The position numbers were made by a program, and so were the translations under genes. Below the pieces are notes generated by a model, which did not search any database, was not told the origin of the DNA, and was given only the letters and a program-made list of their open reading frames with translations. Positions 49,331 through 63,175 of a DNA stretch of 64,000 bases are shown here, piece by piece (position 1 is the first letter of the stretch; each line of letters starts with the position of its first letter). The stretch lies in contig CM069147.1 of NCBI GenBank assembly GCA_035221665.1, forward strand, positions 11,036,001 through 11,100,000. Reading direction: 5' to 3'. Source of the DNA: Okamejei kenojei (taxonomy: Eukaryota).

Positions 49331-51239
49331 TAGAAAAATTGCTTCCTGAGGTCCTTAGATGGATATTTACCAATGTAGAGAGTCAACCTCCCTTCTTTAC
49401 TTCCAGTAGCTTGCTCTCTGCTCATTCTCTTAGTCATGCTGTTCTCTGAGAAATGTGTCTTTAAATGTATGCGTGTCAGGCAATAAATAGCTTGTGCTAA
49501 AGCCTTGAAGTCAAGCAAAATGTTTTGCAGCTTCTGTCATATCATATTCCAGAATTTCAAAAGAGGATGTAATTTGAAGAATCTTAACACCTGTACTCAA
49601 CTTACACTTAACACGTAGAAATTAAATAATGCTGATTACGGGGGGGTTGGATGGGGGGAGCCATTCCTTGCTTAATCTTCAGCTCTGCAAGGCTAAGGAA
49701 GGATGCAAGTTGAAGTATTAAGCTGAGATTGCCGTATAGGTACCATAGGTAACAGTAATGTCAAAATATCCTCCTGTGACTTTTGAAAGCGTTGCCAATT
49801 TGGCATCTAGAATTTTGTTCACACTATAGTTGCATTTTGAATGAAACATATGTACAGCACCAATACTAGTGGTCCAAACTTTATACTGAGTTTTAATCTG
49901 TTTTTACGTTTCTTCAATCACTGTTGCAAAACAAATAATGATATTGTATATAAACTGTAATAAAAATGCTTCCACTCCTCTACCCCAGTGCTTTCAGTAT
50001 CGCAACTTGCAACACTGATAGATTTTTAAATTTTATTTTAAAAAGAAAATATAAAGCATAATAGTTATATTTTGGTTTGCATAATTTCCAAATAGCAGCT
50101 TAAATTTACTGTAAAGGTTAATATTAACTTTGTCTTAATAATATAATGATGTAACGTAATCATCTACACCAATGGCTACAAATACATCTATGCATTTAAC
50201 ATTTTTTATAGAAGTTTCATAAAATAATTAATTACAACCTAAAATGCTGAGCGAAATGTTGCAAAATTCATTGGCAAAGCTCGTTTCTGTCATTGTGTAC
50301 AATTTTTTGATGAAGTATTTGCTTTAGAATCTGTACTAAAATTATATCAAATAGTTTTCTATTTTAAAACCTACTTTGAATGAAATGTTCTTACTGATTT
50401 CACTTTCAGATGAAGTTTGGGACTTTTGCCTATTTTAGCTAGGGAATCAGAGCTATACGTGACCCCAATTCCTTCTAGGCCACATTTACTTTTCCAGTAA
50501 GTACCATTTATTGAGTGTAAAGTTATTTATGGAATGGGACAAACCATCATGGTACTTAAGCAAAATGCAGAGTACATTATGGACTCAAAGTAAATAGGAA
50601 CATAGTTTTCCTAGGGGGAAAGTATATTGGAAAGTATATCTTGTCCTGGTAGCATGTGATGTAATGCTGGATACAATGCAAAATAATTGCATAAAAATAA
50701 CAGATCTTGGCTGGCTTGCAGAAAAATACTTTTACGTGCTGGCAAAAAGACAGTGGTTCTTGTGGGTTTCAGAAATGAGTATCTCCATTAGCTGAGTGAT
50801 TTAGAATATGACTTCTATTCCAAAATGTTGAATCATGCATGGACACAATCAGTTTATCCTAAGATAAGGTACTACTTGAAGACAGATGAATGATTTGAAG
50901 TGAAATTTCACCCTCAACAATATTAACATTTTGATTCACTTTCAGTTTCATGAAGTTGATTTATTTAAAATGTTTCTATCTGATGGAAGGAAAGCGAAAA
51001 ATAGCAATTCCCTGCCAACTTCTGAAATCTTTATTCCAAAATGGAAGTAGCTGTAAGGATCTGCTTGTCACATTTGCCATTGCAGTTATGTCATGCAAGA
51101 TCTCATTGAAATGCCATGCTTGCAAACCTGACAGATATACATTTTAATTTAAGATACTTGTTCTTTTTGATTATGCTTCTTGTCCAACAAGTACACACTC
51201 GGATTACTAACAATAAGAATAACTAAATACCGTAGAGAA

Positions 51240-51738
51240 TTGTGACTGTAATACCATCAGGGAGAATGGGGGCTCGGGAAGGCACATCAGTATTCTCCCT
51301 ATCGAACCATGCATATAACGCATTGAGCCATCAGGGAGTGATGCTTCACTGTCGTTTGAGCTGCCTCCTGATTTCGCCTTGTAGCAGGTGATGGCAGTCA
51401 AGCCCTGCCACAGTTGACGAACACCCGTCTCATCCTCCAGCTTAGAGCAGGAGTCCCTTTTGGCCTTTTTGATGGCCTTACCAAGGTTGTATCTGGACTT
51501 TTTATAGACCTCTGCATCGCCAGACCTGAATGCCCGGGATCTGGTCTTCTGAAGAATGCGGAATTCATGGTTCATCCAAGGCTTCTGGTTAGGAAACTCT
51601 CGGAAGGTTTTTGTTGGAATGCACTCCTCCACACATTTCTTTATGAAGTCTGTAACCTCTGTGGCGTATTCATTCAGGTCCGTTGCCGAGTCCTTGAACA
51701 TTGCCCAGTCTACAAACTCCAAGTAGTCCTGTAGTTGT
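51240..51738 (-). mobile_element. Rex1/Babar-type LINE internal ORF fragment
   Basis: ORF LQDYLEFVDWAMF...DLNEYA..VTDFIKKCVEECIPTK....FPNQKPWMN...RAFRSGD...YKKSRY.L.KAIKKAK. Confidence 0.85.
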
Positions 51739-52859
51739 AGATACATTTAACATTTGATGCCATCAATGCAAATGTACCTTAATGTCAGATTATCATACGT
51801 CCTTGAATGTTTGCTGAAAATTACCCTCTCTAGTTTTAAATTTGCATTTGAGTGTGTTTTTCAGTTTAGCGTGATGTCCTTTTCAACAAAAGGAAATGCA
51901 GAAAGTTCTGAATAATGCACACTGATGCTGAGAAAATGCACACCGATGCTGAAGGTTCTATCTTGCATTTCTGACAGCTGTCTTGCATCTGATCTACCAG
52001 AAACACGATTAAATGCAGTCTAGTATAATTTTACACAATGAGAAATTTGAAAAGCTGACCACCCAAGAATGTTTACATTGTTCCCTGAAAGACATCTTGT
52101 TGAAGTCAGCACCTTTTCATACAAATACACGGGAAGCTCTTCAATCGGAAGATTTATTGAAGACTTCAACAGTGATATGCTTAATGTGCGTTCTGACAGA
52201 CATGATATCCTTGCCTAAGAATTCATGACCATTCTGTAGATAGGTTTTTACTGTAGAGTTTTTGTCTATCATGGACTTGCTTCAATACCTTCAATTTCAG
52301 AAAGAGAAATTAAGTGTTTTCATGTATGGAATATAAATGAACAGTGTTTGGAAAATTCATTCACCTGCAAATACATTTTCTGAGCCCAACTACCTCCGTC
52401 TAAATTATATTCCAAATGCTTAGGAAATTTGCAGAGGTTTGCACTTATCTGATGAACTCCTTGCAAATCCACTGGTGCAACTCATGTACTTCAGAGTTAG
52501 ATCTATGCTCGGAGAAAGGCCAAGCTAGAGCCTGTATTTAGGAATAATCCAGTTATTGGTTTATCTGTTGGAAAATGCAGTTGAAACTTATCAGAAGTTG
52601 TGATCCAATATTTGTATTTTAGTCTCCCTCAAACATTCTTATGAATGTGCCCTCAGTTGCATTGTTTACCATTAAAAAAGTATTTGAATTCTCAGTTATA
52701 ATTGCCTGGAATATTTGATTAGATTTGTTGATACGGTGTTTTCTGTGAACTATTATCTCATGAGTAATTAATAATGATACCCATTTTGCTTTCACTTAAG
52801 ATGATGTGCACAATTAATATTTCATACATTAAAACCACATGAATATGCAGTTTGTTAAA

Positions 52860-52977
52860 AAAGGAACTGCAGAAGCTGGAGAATCGAGGGTACACAAAAG
52901 GCTGGAGAAACTCAGCTGGTGAGCAGCATCTAAGGAGCGAAGGAGATAGGCGAAGTTTCGGGTCGAGACCCTTCAGA
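52860..52977 (-). mobile_element. Penelope terminal-repeat fragment
   Basis: Near-identical to 16685-16780; reverse complement reads tctgaagggtctcgacccgaaacttcg (core partly deleted). Confidence 0.85.
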
Positions 52978-54404
52978 TATGATGCATGTTGCTTCATTAA
53001 ACTAAATTTAATACTTAATATATTGCAAGGAAATTTTTAATCTAGCATATTAAAAAGAATATTTTAGAATATAGCAACATAGTCAGCTATTCCAGTAATC
53101 CTTGTGTGCATTTACCACCACTATCAAATTAATTCAAAACTAATCACTCCAATTCTTTTGATGAATTTGTTTTATCCACCCCTTTCCACCCTTATTGGGT
53201 GGCCTTTGGAACTAATTTAGTACCTTTAAAATTCCTCTGTTGTAATAGTGATTTATTATTGTTGGCTTTGGAATTCCAAGTGAAGCTTGATTGTAGTTTT
53301 ATATTTGATGATACCGTTTTATTAGTTCATGTGCATGCACAAACTTAAATTTTACAATCATTGGTGCAGTTCTTTGAGTTGTAAGCCCTCTTGAAGCTGG
53401 GAATAATCAAATTATTTCTCAATGGGTGTGAATTTAAAAGGAGTGATATTTATTTTTATATATATTTTATAATCTCCAGATTTTACCTGCTTGTGTGTGA
53501 TTAAATTATATATAGATCCAACAACACAGATTTCTTTCAAGGAACTATCTAACATATAAATTGTACCAAAATAAAAACAACCAAAATGAAATAAATGTGG
53601 TCATTATTTTTAACAAGCAATTCAAAAATAGCTGATTATTTTAATGGCGGTCTTCTTAACATAATGGTAGTGTTATTCCCTTGAATTTAGATTTTAGAAT
53701 ATATTTTTGTGCATTTACTTTTGTAAAAGACCGTTCAGTTAAATGGCTAACTATTTAAGTGAATTTTCATTACAAATGAGTGAATCGTTCAACTTTGTAT
53801 GGGCCAACTATAACAATAACTTCTGCTCTGATTTTATTTGATAGTTATGATTACACCTTAGAGTCACAAAAACAATGCCAAAACAATTATTAAAAATTGA
53901 CATATTTTATTTTCCTTATTTTAGCTCACATATTGTTGGCAGCTGTGCAATTTAGTCCAACCCGACTCTGGATTAGTTTGTAAGGATCATTGAGTCTTTT
54001 GAATCTAGTTATTATGTAATTTTGTTTTTTCTGTCGTTTCGATGCCCCTTTTACCATTGTACTTTATTTTGCCTGCTTAAATCTATGTCACATTCACTTT
54101 TAAACTTTGTTCAACTTTTGTAGGTTTAGCCAGAATGTCCTGTTTTATCTTCCATTCTGGATCTAGGCTTTGCAGGTCAAATGCAGAACTTTTCAGCTAA
54201 GTCAAATTTAGGATAATGTGGCTTTAGTTTGTTCCATTGTCATTAATGGGCAAAGCCTTTGTTGTTTTTGTGAGCTTTCTTTATGGGGACAAGTAGAGTA
54301 GGTGTCATGAAGACTTCATAGTACCGTTCCTTCCATCATAGTACCGTAGTGTCAGTAATCCCAACAAAGTATTGTGTATTATTTTGTTCAGATCAATCTC
54401 TCTA

Positions 54405-54405
<1 letters not shown>

Positions 54406-54454
<49 letters not shown>
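54406..54454. repeat. (TG)n microsatellite, about 24 units
   Basis: Uninterrupted TG run. Confidence 0.98.
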
Positions 54455-54455
<1 letters not shown>

Positions 54456-57193
54456 AATGGACAATGGCTTTATTGAGAATTGTGTGAAATTTCAATGTCA
54501 ACATTTGAAAATTATTAATATTCTGCGTCTCAAAATTATGGAGTATGAGCTGAAAAAGGTAATAAATTAAGGGCCATTTCACTTGTAAAGATTGATATTT
54601 TCAGAACAGCTACCAATGTGTTTTGTCATGTGATGATAATGTCAGTCCACTGTCATGTGGTGAGACTGTTTCCTATCTAAACATGAACCATGATTTTATT
54701 AAACATTTTTAATTTAATTTTCAAGCCTCCTCAGTTCCTTTTAAGTTGTCTTCAACTTTACATGTTGAGAGAGGTTTTATATTGATAAAATACAATAAAT
54801 ACTTCTGAGGATATTTTTTAAAATGCATTGTCATAATGTGCAAATAGAGAATACACTATCTAAATAGTTTTCTGTAATATGCTGGTTAGAAGTTTAGTTA
54901 CATGGAAAAATGTTTAATTTTATATCTTCGTCACATGGATGTTTATCTGTTTAAAACCTAGGAACGAGATGTGGTTTAGAAAGCATTTGAGCAAGCAGTT
55001 TTTATTTGGCGGGGGCGGGTGTTTAAACTTCAAATAATACCTTGTGGTTCATGTCACGCCAAAACAAGATGGGTCAACAGGAAACAATTTCATATTATGT
55101 ACTAAGCAATGTGTTTTATAATACACCATATTGATGTGTTTAATGCGAGTGTCAACAAGATTTCTTATGAATTGCACTTTGCTGCAATTTACGCTGCTCT
55201 GCCATTAGTTTTAACAGAATGAGTTGTCCTTGCCATGATTTGGAACTTAAATTGTCAATTTTACTATGTAAACGGTTTGTGTTTATATATTACAATGTAA
55301 GGCAAGTTTATCAATGATTTCTCCAATTATGTTTCTCCAATGCTAAACAGAAAGGAGTTTAATTCCTTTTGGAAGTAAATAGTCATGAGGTTTTTTTTTA
55401 AAGTAGAAACTTTAAACAATATTGTATTTTCCTGTCATCAATACCTGAAAGAGTCAGGTGACTATTTAATGTGTATACAGCAATCTACGTAATAAAGCCA
55501 ATATTCAGAATCATTGTTGCCCAGAAGTCCAGAACTTTGTGTCGCCTATGTGCTGCAAGATTGGCCGTGGACGAGGTAATAACCAGGTAGAATAAGACAA
55601 AGGAGACTACAAATGCTGAAGACTTATGGATCTAACGAAGTACAGCCTTCCATCCATTTTCTTGGTCAAGATCGGTGAGAACTGCAACAGTCATGCACAG
55701 GATGAAGTTGCCTCTAAAATGTGTTTGCGGCCTCCCATTAGCTTCCTAATGTAAATGTTAAGGAAAACGGGTAGATGTGAATCTCTTTTTCATCAACATT
55801 TAAACTGAAGTTAGGCAACGTAACTTGGCTTGATGTGATGTTAGTCCAAAGCAAAGCAGAATTCCTCTCTCTAAGAATTCTCAACGTTGGTTTAGATTTG
55901 AGACTTGTGTAGTTTGCCTGAAATGTTAGTACATTGCTATCAGGTTTACCAGGTAATTGCATCTTCATTATGAATAGAGAGATTTAGTATGCATTGCCAC
56001 TTATTGCCACTGATGGACTTCACAGTGATACATATTTAAGTATTTACTTTAAACTCGCTCATGTTAAACCAATTGATTAAATGTGTTTTTGGAAAAAGTG
56101 GCAGTAAAAGTTCTATATAATGTGGGTTAGTTTGTGGTTATAGTTTCCACTGAGATGGACGTTGATTTTGTCCACATATTGATCAAGCTCTCTCTATCTC
56201 AGATAGCTTACTCAAAATGCCTTGAGTTCAAGTTAACATTTTAGATCTCATAATTTTAAAACCACCTTCACATGACAGAAACCTATCAGATTCAATGATT
56301 GAGTTAAGCTCATTGTAATTGAATTTCCAAGCTTTTCACTTGTAGTTATTCAAATGCTTTATCTTTTTATAGTTTACTCAATGGGGAAGAGGCTTATTTT
56401 TGTATTTAAAACTAAGCAATATTTTGTTTAATGGCTTCACTGTTTTATGGTACTCCAGTAGTATTTAGCTTTTATGCACAGAGAAATGACATTTTTCAAG
56501 TAAAGATAGGTGTAAATACAAATTCCATGCATGGTATACTTCATGGTATATAGTAAGTGCCCTTTATGGGCAATTATTTGTGTACTTTGGGTATGCAAGC
56601 AAAGAATTTCACTCTGACTTTTCACATGTTATCATAAAACATTAATTCATAAAGATTTTGAAATTGAATCTTATCCTTTGTGGAGGCTAATCCACTATGA
56701 CTTCAGTTTGCAGACTAAAATCCATAAAGGATCCCGCAATTTTGTTTGACTTTTTAGGCTTGTTGCGCAGTGGCAGGCAGAGAGATCGTAAAGCAGAAGC
56801 GTCCCACTGTGGTGAAATATTTAAGGAGGGACAGTATCCTAAGTTATAGCAGTAAGTTGAGAGAGTCTAACCTCCATTTGGACACTCCCAGATACCAATG
56901 CCTCCAACCTTACCTAAACCTGCAAACGGTTAGTTAAGATCTAATTATTGTCTCTACCCCAGCTCTATAAATCTTGGAAATCTGTGCTCCTGTTGAAATG
57001 ATGAATATGAACATTGTTTCCGATTGCTGTTCTTGAGTGTATTGCAATTGTTTAAAAAAAATCTGCCATTCCAATCCAATTGTTAACCCATTTGCATTGA
57101 AGGGATTTATGCAAACAAATGCAGCATATGTGCAAATGTCTTTGGGAATGTACCCTATTTCCAAGAGCATGTGCCTTGAGGTCTTTAAGATCT

Positions 57194-58070
57194 GCACACC
57201 CACCAGCCTCGTTTGAAATACTTTTATTTCCCTCTCATCTCCTGGCAACAAATTGAGTTGGGTTGTGAAATTTCAGCCAATCGACCTATTTATTGGGATG
57301 CTAATGTTTCTTTTTAAATCTGTTTAATTTGGGACTGGGCGACAACACCGTTCAGTGAAGCTTCAAATCTGTCCTCTAAATTTTCTGCATTAATTCAAAA
57401 TGAGATGTGAATACAACAGTTCCCATGTTTAAAAAACAATGTGAAGGCATTAGCATGCTGTATTTCTGTACCATCCAGCCTCAGTTAGGGAATCATTGTG
57501 CATCTGATAGACAGCCATTTAAAAAATAATTTATGTGGGCTCTAATTGTAGAAATTTAATTTCATCTTATTTTAGCCAAATTTACTGGCTCGTGTCTGAT
57601 TTGTGCAAGAGTACCTCTCTTTTAGAAGAAAAAGTGCACCAAAGAGGCCAGTCCATCTCGCATAGTAAAAAAATGCTGCATCAATAAACATCAGATGGTG
57701 GTGCTTCATAATATAGTGTATTTTAAGTTTTTATTCAGTATTTAATGTGGTTTTGTAATTTTAAATTTTTCATCTTGATCATGTCTCATGGTAGGCTTTG
57801 TTCATAGCTTCAAATGATTCATTGCTCGGGTATAATGTTCCTCCTGTTAACTGCTAGTACTCTAAGAACTTTATAACTCTACTGGTAACGCAAACGTTTA
57901 AAATATTGGTTTGAAGTTTCAAATTAAACGGGTTTGAAAATAAATATTTAGCATCCCAATAAATGGGTTGATTGGCTGAAATTTCACAACCTGACTCAGA
58001 ATACGAGTCAATTCGCTGCCAGGAGATGGGAGGGAAATAAAAGTATTTGAAACTAGGCTGGTGGGTGTGC
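57194..58070. repeat. Long imperfect inverted repeat (arms about 57194-57331 and 57920-58070)
   Basis: gcacacccaccagcct...cttttatttccct...ggttgtgaaatttcagccaatc...tttattgggatgctaa and its reverse complement. Confidence 0.92.
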
Positions 58071-58071
58071 T

Positions 58072-58160
58072 CCGAATGGTCTTGACATAAAAATTTCACC
58101 TATTCCTTCTCTCCAGAGATGCTGCCTGTCCCGCTGAGTTACTCCAGCTTTTTGTGTCGA
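58072..58160 (+). mobile_element. Penelope terminal-repeat fragment
   Basis: tcacctattccttctctccagagatgctgcctgtcccgctgagttactccagctttttgtgtc. Confidence 0.8.
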
Positions 58161-59402
58161 TCTTATGTGTATGCTTATCTGTAATGCAAAAAATCTCCCA
58201 TTTAGAAAATTTGCATATCTGTGCTGCTTAAGAAAATAATTACAGGTTGTTCCCAAGCTGTTTTGAGCAAAAAGCAAAAACATAACCTTTGACATCCGTT
58301 TACAGAACGTAAAGCATTCTCTTTTGTCTGCTAAAAATTGGCTATTGGTCTGATTATGTATCAGATTTGCTTTATCAGAATGGTGATTCATTATTGTGGT
58401 CTTGTTAGCAATGCAAATCCATATACATTGCAATGACCAATGTACCGTTGAGGAAAATCCTTTTGAGTGTATAAAAGCTGATGGTGTTCTCTAAATTAGT
58501 TTTATTCATTAAGTTCCCAGAGAAGCAGATCGTCAAGTCGTAGAATTAACAAATCAAGAAGTTCTTAGGTTAAAGTACCACATGTATATAAGCAAGAACT
58601 TGACGGGGAGATCAAAAATTACTCAAGATGGGGACTTCATTCAGGTCATCAAACCTTTCTCGGCCATCATGTTGATTTTTTATATTTTTTTGTTTTTTAT
58701 TTTTTTGAAATGTTTTAATAAATTGTTAATATAAATGTAATCTCGGCTAAATGATAGGTGCCTCACATCAACTTCCCCCAGATCTGTCTGAATTACTTTG
58801 TTGCTTCACACTACCAGCTAGTTTAGGATTAATATTTGAATGAGTAGCCTTCAAAAATAATTCAGTGATAATTTTCTGTCAAATTCAAATTCTTAGTTTA
58901 CAACTTAATTAGAGCCTTAGATTGTAGCTTTAATGCATTTCCAAATCTGAATTATTGATATTGGAAAATAACTTTTTCTTATTCTGCCATCTAGCAATTT
59001 ATGATCTGATGAATTCAATGTCTGGAATATTTCACTTCAGTTTTAAGTTATTTTAGCCACTTCCCTTTTGAAATAAAAGTTATGTGTAGACCCCTGTTCT
59101 ACAATGTTTGATGTTTGATCCTTTGCTGACTGTGATGGAGCAATATGATCAAATGTCAGTAAATTAAAGAAATGTGTGATTAATATTAACATTTTGATTT
59201 ATTTAATGCATTTACTTTGGAAATCATACTTTTCATTTATTTTTGTTCATTTGGGCTTAATAGTATGGCAATAAATAGGCAATTGTGAAATATATAGACT
59301 ACTTTTGTAAAGGTGAGGAAGCATGAACAGGCAATGTGGATGGAAATGAATAGAGGAAGAATAGGAAGAAAGTTAGAGCAAAGGCAAGAATGACGTGCAA
59401 AC

Positions 59403-59457
59403 TATAGCTATATATATCTACATATCTATATATATATCTATACCTATATCTATATAT
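59403..59457. repeat. Imperfect (TA)n / TATATC low-complexity repeat
   Basis: tatatatatctacatatctatatatatatctatacctatatctatata. Confidence 0.85.
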
Positions 59458-61519
59458 TTATTTTTTAAACCCACAAATTTAAAGTCAAGCTCGAGTTGGC
59501 TGCCAAGTATCGTTTTCTGATTTGTGTTAGCGGATCCCGATTTTGATAGTCATGCTTTCCTTAGTTAAATGTTGGTTCCAGACTGCCATTACTGTGGTTT
59601 GATGCACAGAGATCTATTATAAAGGTCCAGAATTAAGTTTGGGTTTCAATTTTATGCAGGAGCTTTGATACTAGTTTTAACTCTGCAAACAGAGATGAAC
59701 TTACATAAAGTTTAAAAATTTGGAAGTAAAACGAAAAAATATGTAACTGAGATATTAGGCAGCAAAGAACCCTTGGAAGTTCAAATTTAAAAACAAATCC
59801 AGGAAAACTCACCAATGTTACAAAGCTTTTCATTTGCGGTTGGTGGCCAATCCTCACATTACAGGACGCCAATGTTTGTATGGGTTTCTCAGCAGCAGCT
59901 TGGGCCTGAGCATTTTAAGCAGCAATGTATCCTGGGTTAGAAGATCAGGATGGGAATGTTTACCTTAATTGCAACCCCTTGGACAATTAAGTAATCTCGT
60001 GGGTGGCATGATCTATATAATCTTAAAGCGTGGCCTGAAACGTGGGAAGTAATATTTTGTCGCAAGTAATAAAAGTGACACACTTAAGCAAGAGGAACTG
60101 CTTTATCTTCAAATAACTTAGATGGAACTGTCTTCATTAAACTTAACTAACTGAGATCCTGGGAGTTACCTGAAACTTATCTCAGAGGTGTTTTTTTTGC
60201 AATAAATGAGTTATCACCTAACTTTCCAATATCTTTGCACTCTTTGCAAGGCACAACTTCGGTTATGAAGAAATGCTCTGCTATTGCCTGAATGAGTGCA
60301 GGTCCTGCAACGCACAGGAACTTAAAAACATTTGATGAAAAGTTGGCGCCACATCACTTCAATGATTGATTTCCTTCACTACTGGTGCTCTGCGGCTGCT
60401 ATGTACACCACCTTGAGATGTGCAGCAGTAGCACCTCAAACTCCTGACCTCCACCATTATGAATTCCAAGTATTTTCTTTATACCCCAATTCGGAGAGAT
60501 TATTTTCTGTGATGTTTCCCAATTCACGATCATGCTAAGAATGGGTAAGAATACTGCACCTTCAGCAAATTACTTTTTTTGTTTGGGGGGGGGGGGGGGG
60601 GGGGGGGGTGGGAGGAGGTGTTGTCATTTTCCATGTTTTTTTCCTCTACCACCTGTGCCTGCGAATAATAACTGCTCATCACTAATTCCATTCCCAAACC
60701 GGGTTGGTCTTTCCATCTCCCTGGATTGTATTTAGAGATGAATATAAGTTCCCCAGAGGCAATTCATCATTTAAGCATGGTGTAACGAAGTGGGGTTTGT
60801 ATTAATGCATTAGCAAGTTTTTGATTTAAACATCTTGCTTCACAATATTGTACAGAATTGAGAGGTTTTAACTGGGAATATTTACTACAAAATTACAAGA
60901 AGTTTGAAATGTTAGTGCATACAGACTAGTGGCCAAGAATGTATTCTCCTCTAAAATAATGGTTGGCTCTTGTAGGATGGTTGGCTGGACCATTAGTAAA
61001 GCTGTTGCAGTTAAAGTAGTAGCGTGTTACTTCCAGCTGTCAATTTAACTGAGCCAAGAACATTGGTAATCCAAGAGCTGGTGCTATTCACAGTATCCGT
61101 TTGACAATGATGGATTGTAATAAAATGTACTAATTTGAAAGACAAAAGGTGCTAGTTTGCAGAGCCACACATAACGTTCAGAGTAGTATAGCAACTAAGA
61201 AATGACTGTTTTCAATTTATCATTGCAGTTTAATTTCTGGCTGCAGACTTAACCTAGAATTGGAGCAAATCTGTAAAGCCATCAAAGTAAAACCCACATT
61301 TGGCTCATTTGGAAGCCTAATTGTTGAAGCTGTTAATGTTCAGCAGTGCAAGCATGCGAGCCTATAGAGAAGCACATGGAAATGGCCTTGTGAATTTGAT
61401 CCTCTGGAAATGGTGTTTTGTTAATGTCACAGAGCTTCTTTTGATCACAGCACTGTAACATGAATGGAATACAAAACTCTTTCAGTTTATTTGGATGGAA
61501 AAAAACTTCACATAAGAAA

Positions 61520-62170
61520 TAAGAGCAGGAGTGGTTTGCATTGCCATTCATCAAGATCACGATTGATCATGTTTCTGAGAGCTCACACTTGCATTATACC
61601 CATATTCTTGAATTACCTTAAAATGCAAAATCCTTAGTAATTCATTCACAACAGACTGAACCTCCACGACCACTGGAGCAGAGAATTCTAAAGATTCACC
61701 ATCCTCCGAGTCAAGAGATTTCTCCTCATTTCAGTGCTGAAACTATGGATCTAGGTTCTAAACTCCTCACTACTCCCTGCATCTGACCCATCGAGCCCTG
61801 TGAGAATTCTGTAAGTGTCTGAGATCACTTATTATAAATTAAAGAATGCTGGCCTAGCTTGGTTGGTTTCTCCTCACAATGAGTATCTGAGGTAAGTACA
61901 TCCTTAATTAAGGAATCCAAAACCGTATGTAATGATCCAGATACAGTCTCTCCTTCTGCAGAAAGACTTCCTGCGTACAGATCTTCTCATAAATACAGAT
62001 AACGTACTATTTGCCGTCCTCATTGTTAGATTCACTTAACATGTTGGTTTTTAGTGACATTCCCCTGCAAACATCAATGCCACGCAGTCTAACATAATTT
62101 AAATGTTAATTTGTATTTTTTCTGTTTTGATAGCCTCACATTTATCCACATTATGTTCCAGCTACCATGT
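61520..62170 (-). mobile_element. Old CR1 3' fragment
   Basis: ataagagcaggagtgg...cattc tail and gagaattctaaagattcaccatcctccgagtcaagagatttctcctcat. Confidence 0.6.
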
Positions 62171-62427
62171 CAGTTTGGCCAGACTACTGTCATATTATAA
62201 TTGGCCTTTAATCAATTTTTTGGTCCTCTACTTTATCTTAACTATATCTCGCAAATTATTTTATGATGGTAGCTTGAAGTGATAACCAAGTCATATTAAT
62301 TAAGCAGTACATGTCTTTTTCAGTGTATCTGAAGTTACATGACTGGGATCTTGCTTCAAATACTACATCAATCTATAAGAATTCTTCAAAACATTGTTTG
62401 TCTGGGCGTTTTTCTCATATAGGATTC

Positions 62428-63175
62428 TAGACAATAGACAATAGCTGCAGGAGTAGGCCATCCGGCCATTTGAGCCAACACCGCCATTCAATGTGATCAT
62501 GGCAGATCATCCACAATCAGTACCCCGTTCCTGCCTTCTCTCCATATCCCTTTCTAACTCTCTCTTGAAAGCATCCACAGAAACCATTTTTTGAGGCAGA
62601 AAATTCCACACACTCACAACTCTCTGTGAAATGTTTTCCTCATCTCCGTTCTAAATAGTTTACCACTTATTCTAATTACGGCCCCTGGTTCTGGACTCCC
62701 CCAACATTGGAAACATGTTTCCTGCCTCTAGCGTGTCCAAACCCTTAATAATTGCATATGTTTCAATAAGATCCCCTCTCATCCTTCTAAATTCCAGAGC
62801 ATACAAGCCCAGCCACTCCAATCTATCAACATATGACAGTCCCGCCATCCCGGGAATTAACCTTGTGAACCTACGCTGCACTCCCTCAATAGCAAGAATG
62901 TCCTTCCTCACGTTTGGAGACCAAAACTGCATACAATACTCCAGATGTGGTCTCACTAGGGCCCTGTACAACTGCAGGAGGACCTCTTTGCTCCCATACT
63001 CAACTCCTCTTGTTATGAAGGCCAACATGCCATTCACTTTCTTCTCTGCCTGCTGTTCCTGCATGCTTACTTTCAGTGACTGATGAACTAGGACCCCCAG
63101 ATCAGGTTGGTACTTCCCCTTTTCCCAACTTGACACCATTTAGATAATAATCTGCCTTCCTGTTTTTGCCACCAA
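62428..63175 (-). mobile_element. CR1 3' fragment (same subfamily as 41385-42080)
   Basis: ORF DLGVLVHQSLKVS...LYRALVRPHLEYCMQFWSP...RRMRGDLIETY; (gacaata)n tail. Confidence 0.93.
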
